Of a stretch of 64,000 bases of DNA, positions 9,717 to 18,634 are shown one piece after another. This DNA is from Candidatus Dormiibacterota bacterium (lineage in GTDB: Bacteria > Patescibacteriota > Saccharimonadia > UBA4664 > DATLOE01): positions 16,193-80,192 of the forward strand of contig DATLOE010000018.1 in the NCBI GenBank assembly GCA_035536395.1, given 5' to 3'. A program made the translations under genes and the position numbers. The number at the start of each line of letters is the position of its first letter. Position 1 is the first letter of the stretch. The notes beneath the pieces were generated by a model. It did not search any database. It was given only the letters and a program-made list of their open reading frames with translations, and was not told where the DNA came from.

Positions 9717-10724
9717 TCAAATAGTTCTGCCTACTAGTACGATCTCTTCCACCATGCGATTGCAGTAACCCCATTCGTTATCGTACCAAGCTACGACCTT
9801 TACCAAATTACCGCCGACTACGTTTGTAAGCTTCAGGTCGGCAATGGCTGAAAAAGTATTACCAATGAAATCACTGGAAACAAGCTCCTCTTCGGTCACG
9901 GCCAAAATATGCTTGAGGCGCGGGCTTTGAGATGCATGTATTAGGGCTGCGTTTACCTCCTCTATCGTCGTATCCTTTTTGGTCACAAAGGTAAAATCGC
10001 TCAGGCTGACAACCGGTGTTGGCACCCGAATGCTCAGGCCCTCAAAAATACCCTTAAGCGCGGGGAAGGCCCGGGCGGCCGCCTTAGAGGCGCCGGTTGT
10101 AGTCGGCACAATGTTCTCAGCAGCATTGCGCGCCTCGCGCAGATCCTTGGCCGGCCCGTCCTGCAAGGCTTGGCTGGCGGTATAGGAGTGAATAGTGGTC
10201 ATCATGGCCTTTTCTATACCGAATTCGGCCTCTATTACAGCCGCTACCGGGGTAATGCTATTGGTGGTGCAGGAGGCATTGGAAACCACGGTGTCTTTGG
10301 CACTAATCTGATCTTCATTTACACCAATGACGTAGGTGGGAATAGTTTCTTCTTTGGCCGGAGCAGAAATAATTACGCGCTTAGCGCCAGCAGTCAGGTG
10401 CTTTTTGGCATCTTCATAATGGGTAAAACGGCCGGTACTCTCTACCACCACATCAATGGCCAGCTCTTTCCACGGCAGAGCGGCCGGATCTTTTTCGGCC
10501 AGTACCTGGACTTTATGCTTACCGACAATAATATGCTGTTCGTCGCAATCGACTTCTTGATGGTAAAGGCCGTAGTTCGAATCGTGTTTTAAGAGATGAG
10601 CCAGGGTCTTGGTATCAGTTAGGTCGTTGACAGCTACCACCTCCAGCTCCGGATTATCGAAGGCGATCTTGAAGGTATTGCGGCCAATGCGGCCAAACCC
10701 ATTAATAGCGACTCGAATAGCCAT
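9717..10724 (-). CDS. gap: Glyceraldehyde-3-phosphate dehydrogenase (type I)
   Basis: INGFGRIGR NAD-binding, ASCTTNS active-site region, WYDNEWGY C-terminal signature. Confidence 0.9.
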   Translation of the reverse strand: MAIRVAINGFGRIGRNTFKIAFDNPELEVVAVNDLTDTKTLAHLLKHDSNYGLYHQEVDCDEQHIIVGKHKVQVLAEKDPAALPWKELAIDVVVESTGRFTHYEDAKKHLTAGAKRVIISAPAKEETIPTYVIGVNEDQISAKDTVVSNASCTTNSITPVAAVIEAEFGIEKAMMTTIHSYTASQALQDGPAKDLREARNAAENIVPTTTGASKAAARAFPALKGIFEGLSIRVPTPVVSLSDFTFVTKKDTTIEEVNAALIHASQSPRLKHILAVTEEELVSSDFIGNTFSAIADLKLTNVVGGNLVKVVAWYDNEWGYCNRMVEEIVLVGRTI

Positions 10725-10790
10725 ATGTCTGTTTTTGCCTGTTTACAGGAGTAATTATATAAGCATTAGCGCTTTACTACAAGGTAATAA

Positions 10791-11324
10791 CTAGGGTACC
10801 AGCTCTGGTCCTTTATCGAGATGGCTTTTGTAAAATTCAATAATCTGCTTTTCATCGACATTATCGAGATTTAGGGTGTATGTCCAGGCCGCCAATTGGA
10901 CGGCGTTGCTGTTTTTGGCTCTTGGCACCACAATCGCTTTGATGCTGCCAAACTGTTGGCTGCGGGGCAAAGTATTAAACAAGTTCTTTAGCTTATCTAT
11001 CTGGGCCTTCGGCAGATCCGGCTTGTAAGCGATTACAATACCACCGTGCTCCATATTATGTATTAATGTCTCGTCGGCCAGCTCCTGCTCTTTTACCCCC
11101 CAGGGAGCAGGGCTTGTGTAATGCGGCCCAGAGCTGGGCAGATCGGAATTATAAGGCTCATGGGCAGCGCCGTTTGTAATGTGTTCCTGGCCCTGATCGG
11201 CATGCTTGGTACCGGCATTTGTCTTCGTGCTCGGAGTCTCGGCCGGCGGCTTGTTGCCCCCGCCTAAGTAAAAAACACCGATCATAACTGCTGCGACTGC
11301 AGCGACAGCTACACCTAACCACAT
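10791..11324 (-). CDS. DUF3105-like membrane-anchored protein
   Basis: N-terminal TM helix, then IHNMEHGGIVIAYKPDL and AIVVPRAKN...AAWTY, typical of DUF3105. Confidence 0.5.
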   Translation of the reverse strand: MWLGVAVAAVAAVMIGVFYLGGGNKPPAETPSTKTNAGTKHADQGQEHITNGAAHEPYNSDLPSSGPHYTSPAPWGVKEQELADETLIHNMEHGGIVIAYKPDLPKAQIDKLKNLFNTLPRSQQFGSIKAIVVPRAKNSNAVQLAAWTYTLNLDNVDEKQIIEFYKSHLDKGPELVP

Positions 11325-11377
11325 ATTACTTCCTTTGCGTACCGCTTAATAAAACAATAAATAGTATAACAAGCTTT

Positions 11378-11418
11378 AATAAAAAGCCGAACCCCGGACG
11401 CGTTATGCGTCCGGGGCT
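11378..11418 (-). terminator. Rho-independent terminator after 11430-11795
   Basis: On the minus strand: hairpin CCCCGGACGC-ATAAC-GCGTCCGGGG followed by TTCGGCTTTTTATT. Confidence 0.6.
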
Positions 11419-11429
11419 TATTGTTACCG

Positions 11430-11795
11430 CTATGCTGCAATGACCGTTTGCTGTTGCTTGCCCGATGTAACCGGCAAGCCTTTACCCCTGATCATGCTTC
11501 TGGAAACATCAACTGATCTGTATGACAGCCTCAGATGGCCGGCCTTAAGATGTTCTTCGCAGTGGATCAGGGCCTCCAAAAGCCGTTCACGCCGTACCAT
11601 CACCTTGACGCTGCGGAATTTGTCTCTCAGAACCCGATTACGATCGCGCTCAGTCAACCGATCCATAACCTCTCCGGTTTCCGTATGCACGCTCCGAAAG
11701 CCATTCCAGGCAAGCATCAGAGCTACGGCTTGAAGTCGGTTGTAGTCGGGTTCAAAGTGAACCAACTCCCACGTTCCGTCCATCTCCCACCTCAC
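11430..11795 (-). CDS. Hypothetical protein (121 aa), GC-rich, adjacent to an aberrant tRNA
   Basis: Clean ORF with its own terminator; no recognisable family. Confidence 0.4.
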   Translation of the reverse strand: MRWEMDGTWELVHFEPDYNRLQAVALMLAWNGFRSVHTETGEVMDRLTERDRNRVLRDKFRSVKVMVRRERLLEALIHCEEHLKAGHLRLSYRSVDVSRSMIRGKGLPVTSGKQQQTVIAA

Positions 11796-11816
11796 TAGCG
11801 GTTGTACTGTACAAGA

Positions 11817-11886
11817 TCAGGGTGGCTGGACTCGAACCAACAACCGACAGCTGTGCCATCCGCTCTACCAATTGAGCTACACCCTG
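11817..11886 (-). tRNA. tRNA-like gene with canonical acceptor/D/T arms but a non-canonical anticodon arm (identity undetermined; possible pseudo-tRNA)
   Basis: Minus-strand read CAGGGTG-TA-GCTCAATTGGTAGAGC-G-GATGGCACAGCTGTCGG-TT-GTTGGTTCGAGTCCAGC-CACCCTG-A. The 7-bp acceptor, D arm, T arm (GGTTCGAGTCC) and U8 are fine. The 17 nt where the anticodon arm should be do not fold into a 5-bp stem with a 7-nt loop carrying U33. The variable region is only 2 nt and no CCA is encoded. Confidence 0.45.
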
Positions 11887-11912
11887 AAGTTTTCCGTCGC
11901 AATAATGTCACT

Positions 11913-11938
11913 ATTAAAAACGGCCTCTGTTGAGGCCT
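11913..11938 (-). terminator. Rho-independent terminator after the cupredoxin gene
   Basis: Minus strand: GAGGCCTCAACAGAGGCC then GTTTTTAAT. Confidence 0.55.
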
Positions 11939-12089
11939 CTGTAACTTACTGCTTTTAGTTAGCGTACATGAAGCCTCACTGTTGCCGTATCGGCAGCAGC
12001 ACAACAAAGGCGCGAATAATTGCGTTGTGCGTGTAAGTCTTCACGAAGAATAAACTACTCCTGGTAGCCTCGGTTGTCAATCCCTCAGG

Positions 12090-12476
12090 CTACTCAGTGA
12101 CAATGACGGTACCTGTCATCCCTGCATGCGGCTGGCAAAGATAGGTATAAGTACCGGCTTTGGTAAAAGTAAAGCTGTAGCTTTCACCCTTACCCAAAAG
12201 TGCGCTCCTTGGGCCATCGGTCTGATCACTGATTACATCATGCAAGTCTGCATCTTGGTTGGTCCATGTGACTAGGGTGCCCTTTTTAATGGTGATGGTC
12301 TTGGGGTTAAAGGCAGTATTTTGCATGATAACCTCATTTGTGGCCACAGGGTTTTCAGATGAAGAAGCTGGCTGCTCCAATGTTTGTGGTTGTCTGCCAC
12401 CACCTAGGTACATATAGGTGCCGACTCCGGCGGCAGCTAGCAGAATTACTAGAACGATAATAGTAAACTTCTTCAC
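12090..12476 (-). CDS. Cupredoxin (plastocyanin/azurin-like type-1 copper protein), membrane-anchored
   Basis: N-terminal TM helix, with the His of DLHDV and a C-terminal YLCQPHAGMTG (Cys-x-x-His-x-x-Met blue-copper ligand set). Confidence 0.7.
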   Translation of the reverse strand: MKKFTIIVLVILLAAAGVGTYMYLGGGRQPQTLEQPASSSENPVATNEVIMQNTAFNPKTITIKKGTLVTWTNQDADLHDVISDQTDGPRSALLGKGESYSFTFTKAGTYTYLCQPHAGMTGTVIVTE

Positions 12477-13159
12477 TATTTCTCCTTGTATTTATCGTTA
12501 AATTGGCTGATCGCACCCTGAGCCAGCTGGTCGGCTAGCTGGCCTAGTTTGCCTACATCGGCCTTTTCCCGCTCGAACGATTTAGCATACTCCCCCGCCC
12601 GGTAAGCGTCTGCTACAGATTTAACCAAACCGATATGTTCATCTAGATGCTTCTTCAGGTTAGCTTTAGAGAGCTGGGGGTTAAGCTCGGCGAGCGAGCC
12701 GATGACTTTTTCTATGTTTGTATTCAGCTCAGAGGCTTTGGCGGTAATTGCAGTCTGGTCTCCTCCTTTAATCGCTTCTGCATAGGTCCGAATAGATTTG
12801 GTGTAAGTGTCCCAGGCAACTCTAACTTGCTTTGCTTTATCTTCCCCATAGTCATCGGCCAGCAGTTTCTGGAGATCACTGGAATTCTCATCCAGGCTGG
12901 CTGAAGCCAAATCAAGATAAGGCGCTCCGTCTAGTGTCGCCCGAGTTAATCTTGCTGAAAGGCCGGCATGTGCGCTAAAGACAGTGTTTAACTCCACCCG
13001 TAAATTGGCAGCCTTTGTGTAGGCATCCGCCTGGCTAGCGACTGGTGTAGTTGGAATAAGTTGGTTTGCGATTAGCACACTACCACCAAAACCTGCACCT
13101 ATGCCCAGTAACACAGATATTAAGGCTACCGTCAGACTTGATGTTTTATCTGGTTCCAT
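12476..13159 (-). CDS. Hypothetical membrane-anchored helical protein
   Basis: 227 aa, N-terminal TM, Ala/Lys-rich helical remainder. The stop overlaps the cupredoxin start, so it is probably co-transcribed. Confidence 0.45.
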   Translation of the reverse strand: MEPDKTSSLTVALISVLLGIGAGFGGSVLIANQLIPTTPVASQADAYTKAANLRVELNTVFSAHAGLSARLTRATLDGAPYLDLASASLDENSSDLQKLLADDYGEDKAKQVRVAWDTYTKSIRTYAEAIKGGDQTAITAKASELNTNIEKVIGSLAELNPQLSKANLKKHLDEHIGLVKSVADAYRAGEYAKSFEREKADVGKLGQLADQLAQGAISQFNDKYKEK

Positions 13160-13187
13160 GATTCTTACTTATTTTAGCATAAGCGCT

Positions 13188-14141
13188 TTAATACTGAGGC
13201 GATTTGGCAGGACGACGGTTCATGGAATCTATGTGATGGCGTATGGCAATAGCAGCTGTAACCCCCTCCCCCACGGCGCTTGCGATCTGGCCGGTAGAGC
13301 CCCCACGAATGTCGCCGGCCGCAAATACGCCAGGCTGACTGGCAGCAAAGTTCTTATCGACTTTTACAAACCCTCGTTCGTCCAACGCCACAGCACCCTT
13401 CACCCAACCGGTATTCGGAATAAGACCGATGAATACAAAAGCGCCGTCGGCCTGAATGTGGCTCACTTCACCGGTTTTGGTATTACGAATGGCAGCACCG
13501 GTAAACTTCCCTTCCTCACTATCAAAGCTATCAACCGCGGTATTAAACTGAATGTCGATCTTGGGGTTCTGCACCGCCTGCTCAGCCAGGATTTGTGTGC
13601 CTTTTAGGGCCGGTCCGCGCACCAGCATTGTCACTTTATCAGCAAACTTGGTTAAAAACTGACCTTCTTGCAGAGCCGAGTTACCGCCTCCTATAGCCAG
13701 CAAATGCTTACCGCGGTAAAAAGCGCCGTCGCAAGTAGCACAGTAATGCACCCCCTTGCCGGTCAGCTCCTTCTCTCCCAGTACACCCAGCTTTCGGTAT
13801 GCCGTACCCATGGCGAGCAAGATGGCCTTGGCTTTAAATTCCCCGCCTGAAGTCGTAACTGCTACACCTTCTTCATGGCTTGCAATCGATTGCACCCGAA
13901 TGCCGGTTTTTATCTCGGCGCCGAAGCGCTTAGCCTGCTTACATAAATTATCGGCCAGCTCAATACCGCCGATGCCCTCTGGGAACCCCGGGTAGTTATC
14001 GACATGCTCGGTGGTGGCTATCATTCCACCTACCACCTCAGCTTCCAAAACCATCGTCTTTAAATCTTCACGCGTAGTGTAGATGGCGGCAGCTAGGCCG
14101 GTGGGACCAGCACCGACTATGACTACATCATATTCCTCCAC
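13188..14141 (-). CDS. trxB: Thioredoxin-disulfide reductase
   Basis: VVIVGAGPTGLAAA FAD site, CATCDG redox-active disulfide, GGGNSA NADPH site, FAAGDIR. Confidence 0.9.
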   Translation of the reverse strand: MEEYDVVIVGAGPTGLAAAIYTTREDLKTMVLEAEVVGGMIATTEHVDNYPGFPEGIGGIELADNLCKQAKRFGAEIKTGIRVQSIASHEEGVAVTTSGGEFKAKAILLAMGTAYRKLGVLGEKELTGKGVHYCATCDGAFYRGKHLLAIGGGNSALQEGQFLTKFADKVTMLVRGPALKGTQILAEQAVQNPKIDIQFNTAVDSFDSEEGKFTGAAIRNTKTGEVSHIQADGAFVFIGLIPNTGWVKGAVALDERGFVKVDKNFAASQPGVFAAGDIRGGSTGQIASAVGEGVTAAIAIRHHIDSMNRRPAKSPQY

Positions 14142-14142
14142 G

Positions 14143-14397
14143 TTAAATCCCCAGTGCTTGGCTTAATCGCTGCTGATCGAATCCCAGAATATGCTCTTCA
14201 CTACCGTCGTTTTTTTGAATGACAGTAAAAGGCACTGCCAGCTGACCGCTGGCTTTTACCATCTCTTCGGCCGCTTTTTGGTCGGTATCCACCGCAACTT
14301 CTTCAAAAGCTATATTGTGTTCGGCAAGAAACTCTTTTTCGGCCCCGCAAAATTTACAGGTAGCCGTGGTGTAAATCTTAACTTTTGGCATAACCAT
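14143..14397 (-). CDS. Glutaredoxin-like protein (YruB/NrdH-like)
   Basis: 84 aa, KIYTTATCKFCG CxxC motif in a thioredoxin fold; immediately upstream of trxB. Confidence 0.7.
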   Translation of the reverse strand: MVMPKVKIYTTATCKFCGAEKEFLAEHNIAFEEVAVDTDQKAAEEMVKASGQLAVPFTVIQKNDGSEEHILGFDQQRLSQALGI

Positions 14398-14442
14398 CCT
14401 TTGTTCTTACACATTATACCAGTTAAGCACAAGCAGTTTAAT

Positions 14443-15018
14443 TTAATTTGGTTTGTTGTTGGGATTGCCTCTATTGCCGGGACTAGCCTTCACCTCATTA
14501 GTCTTGGCTTTTTGATCTTCGTGTTTGCCGCCAGCCGGGCTGTTTTTTTGAAGACCCAGGCCATTACCTGGTACAGCCTCTGGCCTGCCTGGCGTGGTCG
14601 GTGCAGCAGGAGCCGGAAGAATAATTGATGCCGGCTGGGTACCTGGAATTTTCTGGGCAGCATTAGGCGCAGCGGGCACAGTACCGGGTACCTGGCTCCA
14701 TATCCCGCGCATTATCTTAGTATCGGACTCTGTAATGGGGGCTGTTTTCTGTCTCTCGCCTAAGATACGGGTAAACTGTTTGGTGTCATATAAGAGCAAG
14801 GCCGCATTAGCGACAATTAAGACAGTCATTAGCATTGGTGGGAGGATTCCTCTTAAAAACTTATGGCGGAGCCTAATAGCTCGGCGCACTTTTTCTAAAT
14901 CCTGCCCGCTCAAGTATTTTTCCAGCTCAGTCGGGCAGACACGGCTAGTTGCACCATCCCCGAAAGATAATAGAACAGTTTGATCGCTCTCTACACTGAA
15001 ATCTTTTAATACCCTCAT
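14443..15018 (-). CDS. Hypothetical protein with one TM segment and a Pro-rich C-terminal tail
   Basis: 191-aa ORF; low-complexity PAAPNAAQKIPGTQPASIILPAPAAPTTPGRPEAVPG. Confidence 0.4.
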   Translation of the reverse strand: MRVLKDFSVESDQTVLLSFGDGATSRVCPTELEKYLSGQDLEKVRRAIRLRHKFLRGILPPMLMTVLIVANAALLLYDTKQFTRILGERQKTAPITESDTKIMRGIWSQVPGTVPAAPNAAQKIPGTQPASIILPAPAAPTTPGRPEAVPGNGLGLQKNSPAGGKHEDQKAKTNEVKASPGNRGNPNNKPN

Positions 15019-15134
15019 AGTTAAATTATATCAAGTAATATCACCATTAGGCTTTAAAAACATTAAAAACGTAAGTTCTATCTGTTATTTAAAAGCATAA
15101 ACCCATTGGAACCAGCTTCCTATATAATGGTGAT

Positions 15135-16118
15135 ATGAAGAAGATTCCGATTACTGCCATTACCGGCTTTTTGGGCTCAGGCAAGACCACCCTGCTCAAC
15201 CATATTCTGGAAAACAACCAGGGTTTAAAAATCGGCGTGGTCGTGAATGATTACGGGCAGATTAATATCGATTCCAAGCTGATTGCCGCCCGCACAGATA
15301 AAACGCTAGAGCTGACCAACGGCTGTATGTGCTGCAGTTTGAGTTCGCTAGAGCTAGATGAAGCCATTAGCCAGTTCGCCCACCCCGGCAGCCAGATAGA
15401 TTACATTATTATAGAAGCAAGTGGACTGGCCGAGCCTTCAGACCTGGCCGCCACCCTGCGCGCTGCCATGGGCCGCTACACCCGGCTAGACAGCATCATT
15501 GCGATTATTGATGCCTACAATTTAGAGAAGAATGCCGCAGAACACGATTCGGCTATACGTCAGATAGAATACAGCGACTTTGTGATTATTAATAAGACCG
15601 ATCTGGTGCCGAAGAGCAAAGTCGATGATATAACCAAACTGATTAAAGGCATGAACGAACGGGTGCGCATTTTTACGGCCAAGCACGCCCAGGTGGATGT
15701 GCGTTTGCTCCTGGGTCAGGAACCGGAGCGGGCTGAGCACAAGGAACCAGGGCATAAACACAAGCACGCGCATGATGATTATTCCAGTGTCAGCTTTGAG
15801 ACAGATAAGGCCTTAGACCCGCTGAAGTTCCAGAACTTCGTGAACAAGCAAATACCAAATGAAGTTTACCGGGCTAAAGGCTTCGTGAACTTAGGTAATA
15901 AAGGCCACCGACGCAAATATCTCTTTCAGTTGGTAGGCAAACGAGCCGACATTACCTGGACAGACTGGGGCGAGGAAAAGCCCCAGACTGCTCTGGTGTT
16001 TATAGGCAAAGGGTTCGATAAAGCCAAGACACTCGCGCAAATTGAGGCTTGTATTGATCCGGAACCAACTAAGTACGATCCTGGTATTGAGGTGGTACTC
16101 CCCCGCCGGGAGCTATAG
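15135..16118 (+). CDS. CobW/COG0523-family GTPase (zinc metallochaperone-like)
   Basis: GFLGSGKTTLL P-loop, GCMCC (CxCC) motif, His-rich tract HKEPGHKHKHAHDD, CobW C-terminal domain. Confidence 0.85.
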   Translation: MKKIPITAITGFLGSGKTTLLNHILENNQGLKIGVVVNDYGQINIDSKLIAARTDKTLELTNGCMCCSLSSLELDEAISQFAHPGSQIDYIIIEASGLAEPSDLAATLRAAMGRYTRLDSIIAIIDAYNLEKNAAEHDSAIRQIEYSDFVIINKTDLVPKSKVDDITKLIKGMNERVRIFTAKHAQVDVRLLLGQEPERAEHKEPGHKHKHAHDDYSSVSFETDKALDPLKFQNFVNKQIPNEVYRAKGFVNLGNKGHRRKYLFQLVGKRADITWTDWGEEKPQTALVFIGKGFDKAKTLAQIEACIDPEPTKYDPGIEVVLPRREL

Positions 16119-16158
16119 CTTACTGTTTGCTATCTGTTCACCTTCAAGGCAAGTGTAG

Positions 16159-18465
16159 TTATTCTTGAACCATATAATAGAAGACTCTCTCGATTGTATC
16201 CGGTTCGGCTATTTTTATGGTAAAGCCGATTTTATCGCTTTCTATAGAGTAAATTATAGGCGTGCCTACTGGGCTGGCAACAATGAATGGTTTGGTGCTG
16301 TATGGTTTTAGGAAAGCTTTATGGACAGATGTCTGCCCCGCTGGAATTACAACTTCTCCTCTAGTGTCTTCGTTGCCTTTTATGTGGCCGGCAATCGTTA
16401 TGCCCCCTTCGAAGGTGGCAGTACCGGTTACTACTAAGTTATTAATGGTAGCTGTACCGGATACGTTTAGGTTTGCGAAGTCACTGCCCTGACCCTGCAC
16501 TTGCTCTAGAGTCGCAATTCTTTGTTCAAGGCCTTTGGTTTTTGCATCAAGTTCTGTAGTGGCTTTAATGTTCAGGATGCCCAGGCCGGTGTAGTCTAGG
16601 GTTTTATAACCATTGCTGTCGGTTGAGACTAAGCTTGGGAATAGTAGTTCTACGTCTTGGGCAATTAGACCGGTTTGAGTAGCCGTGCCAAAGTTGTACT
16701 CTGGGAACTCATCACTGCGCCAATCATAATTCACGACCTTTAGCTGGCCGAAGCTAGAGAGTATATCTGATACATTCGTAATGTTCTTTTTTAACCTTTC
16801 ATCTGAGGAACAGCTGCCGGCTATGACTGTGGCATCGGCATCCTTCACACAGCCGGTGGTACCAGTTCCAACCCTCAGATCATCATCGGTTCTAAGTTCA
16901 TTAGCCGCCCCGCGGTAGAGGTTGGTATCGGCGACATTGGTACCATCGCTCCAGTCATGCTTGCCAGTAGCATTAATTACAAAGCGATTTTGTGTTTCTC
17001 CGCTGACAAAGGTAGTGAAAGAATTACCAGCAGTAGTCTGGTTAATTGAACCGATTCGCCCACCCGTGACTCCTGTTCCTCCTACAATAAAACCGCCAGT
17101 TTGATCGGTACGAAGCACCGGGAGCCCCGCACTGGTAGATCTGTAAAGACTGGTGTCGCGGACACTGGCTCCACCTGGACCCCATTCCATAGACCCGTCC
17201 GCCCTGATGGCAAAGCGATTGATGCTATCGCTAGTAACAGCTGACAAATATGCAAGATCGCTAGCCGATGCCCTAAGAGATCGTAATGAGCCGTCAGTTT
17301 GTAATACTCCTACTCCTTGGCGATAGAGGTTAGTGTCGGTGCCAAAAGTTATACCCCCAGCAGCGGTTCCCCCAGTATCAGACAGCTGCAAGGTATAGGT
17401 ATCAGCCTTGGCGATCCTGACTCCGATATCCGAGATAATACCCGCAGTCTGGCCGGCAACATCAATCCCAACAGAATTTTGCAGTAAGTTATTGTTTGAG
17501 CTACTATTCTGCACCAACAAGCCGGTTGCCCTAGTAACAGTGCCAGTGATGGCTGTCGCAGCAAACTCGGCCAACCCCTGGACTTGAGCACCGTATGTAT
17601 TGGTAATAGTACCAAAGCTTTGGCCAGCACCTGGAATCCAGGTAGCCAACCGGCCGCCTATAAGTGATGTCGCGCTGCCACTACCCTGCCATCGGGTTTC
17701 GAAATGTCCGCCCATGACATTACCAGTAAGTGTTTGGGTATTGGTGGTTGGAACTTCCGCTGACATTACGAACGATCGAAACTCAGTCGAGGAGCTTGAA
17801 GCTGGGTTGACCATGATTGAACTATGTACACCAGCAGTAGCACCAGGCGCAGTATTACTAAGGGTGCCAAAGAAATTTACAAACCCATCTGTAATTAACC
17901 CCGCTCCAACCCCCAAGCTACCCATTACATGCAAGTTCCGGCTCGGCGTAGCAGTGCCAATGCCCACATAGCCATTGCTGGTATCGACATTTAGAATCGT
18001 ACCCCCTGCCGTATTCTGTACGCCGAAAGCAGTAGTAGAATCGGTATTATTCCTAAACAGCTGATTATTACCAGTGAAAGTCTGGGAGTTGCGGTCGAGT
18101 AAGGCGACGTTAGAAGATAATTGGGAGTCGCCAATGCTGCCACTAGGGCCTTCGGGGCCTTGGTCGCCAATGGCACCTTGCAAACCCTGTGGGCCAATCT
18201 CGCCTGCTAGACCTATGGTGCCATCTTGCCCATCTATGCCATTAGCACCGTTAATCCCGGCTGTTCCGGTTTGGCCACGCTCACCTGGGTAGGTAATGAA
18301 CCGGTCGGCTATAAGGCCAGCCGAAGCTCCGATGATGACAACTGTAGTTAATAAGAAGAGTTTATTTAAAAGGAGGTGGCCAGATTGGTTTCGGAGCGGG
18401 AATAAATCACTACCACCCCCTCCTAGTCGGGGGTGGAGTTGTATGGATTTAGAAAGATTAAGCAA
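16159..18465 (-). CDS. Membrane-anchored collagen-like fibre protein with phage-tail-fibre peptidase S74 (intramolecular chaperone) domain
   Basis: 768 aa. TM anchor and ADRFITYPGERG motif are followed by 18 Gly-X-Y triplets at about 18135-18300. A long Gly/Thr/Ser/Asn-rich beta-rich region follows. SDERLKKNITNV...VVNYDWRSDEF...GLIAQDVELLFPSLV (S74 auto-processing motif, Ser-Lys dyad) sits at about 16480-16815. Then a coiled coil and a C-terminal domain shared with the giant protein. Confidence 0.7.
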   Translation of the reverse strand: MLNLSKSIQLHPRLGGGGSDLFPLRNQSGHLLLNKLFLLTTVVIIGASAGLIADRFITYPGERGQTGTAGINGANGIDGQDGTIGLAGEIGPQGLQGAIGDQGPEGPSGSIGDSQLSSNVALLDRNSQTFTGNNQLFRNNTDSTTAFGVQNTAGGTILNVDTSNGYVGIGTATPSRNLHVMGSLGVGAGLITDGFVNFFGTLSNTAPGATAGVHSSIMVNPASSSSTEFRSFVMSAEVPTTNTQTLTGNVMGGHFETRWQGSGSATSLIGGRLATWIPGAGQSFGTITNTYGAQVQGLAEFAATAITGTVTRATGLLVQNSSSNNNLLQNSVGIDVAGQTAGIISDIGVRIAKADTYTLQLSDTGGTAAGGITFGTDTNLYRQGVGVLQTDGSLRSLRASASDLAYLSAVTSDSINRFAIRADGSMEWGPGGASVRDTSLYRSTSAGLPVLRTDQTGGFIVGGTGVTGGRIGSINQTTAGNSFTTFVSGETQNRFVINATGKHDWSDGTNVADTNLYRGAANELRTDDDLRVGTGTTGCVKDADATVIAGSCSSDERLKKNITNVSDILSSFGQLKVVNYDWRSDEFPEYNFGTATQTGLIAQDVELLFPSLVSTDSNGYKTLDYTGLGILNIKATTELDAKTKGLEQRIATLEQVQGQGSDFANLNVSGTATINNLVVTGTATFEGGITIAGHIKGNEDTRGEVVIPAGQTSVHKAFLKPYSTKPFIVASPVGTPIIYSIESDKIGFTIKIAEPDTIERVFYYMVQE

Positions 18466-18634
18466 TCTTAGTTTCAGCTGACTTCCCTCTCACTCACAAA
18501 CCTTAAATCTGAATATTATTATAATGGTTATGGTTAAGGCTGGCAACAGGTTTGTTGCCAAAGTTTACAGATTACAGTTTTCAGCTTGCAGTTCTCGCTT
18601 CGCCTTCTATTGCAAGGGGGCTCCTTGCAAGAAG

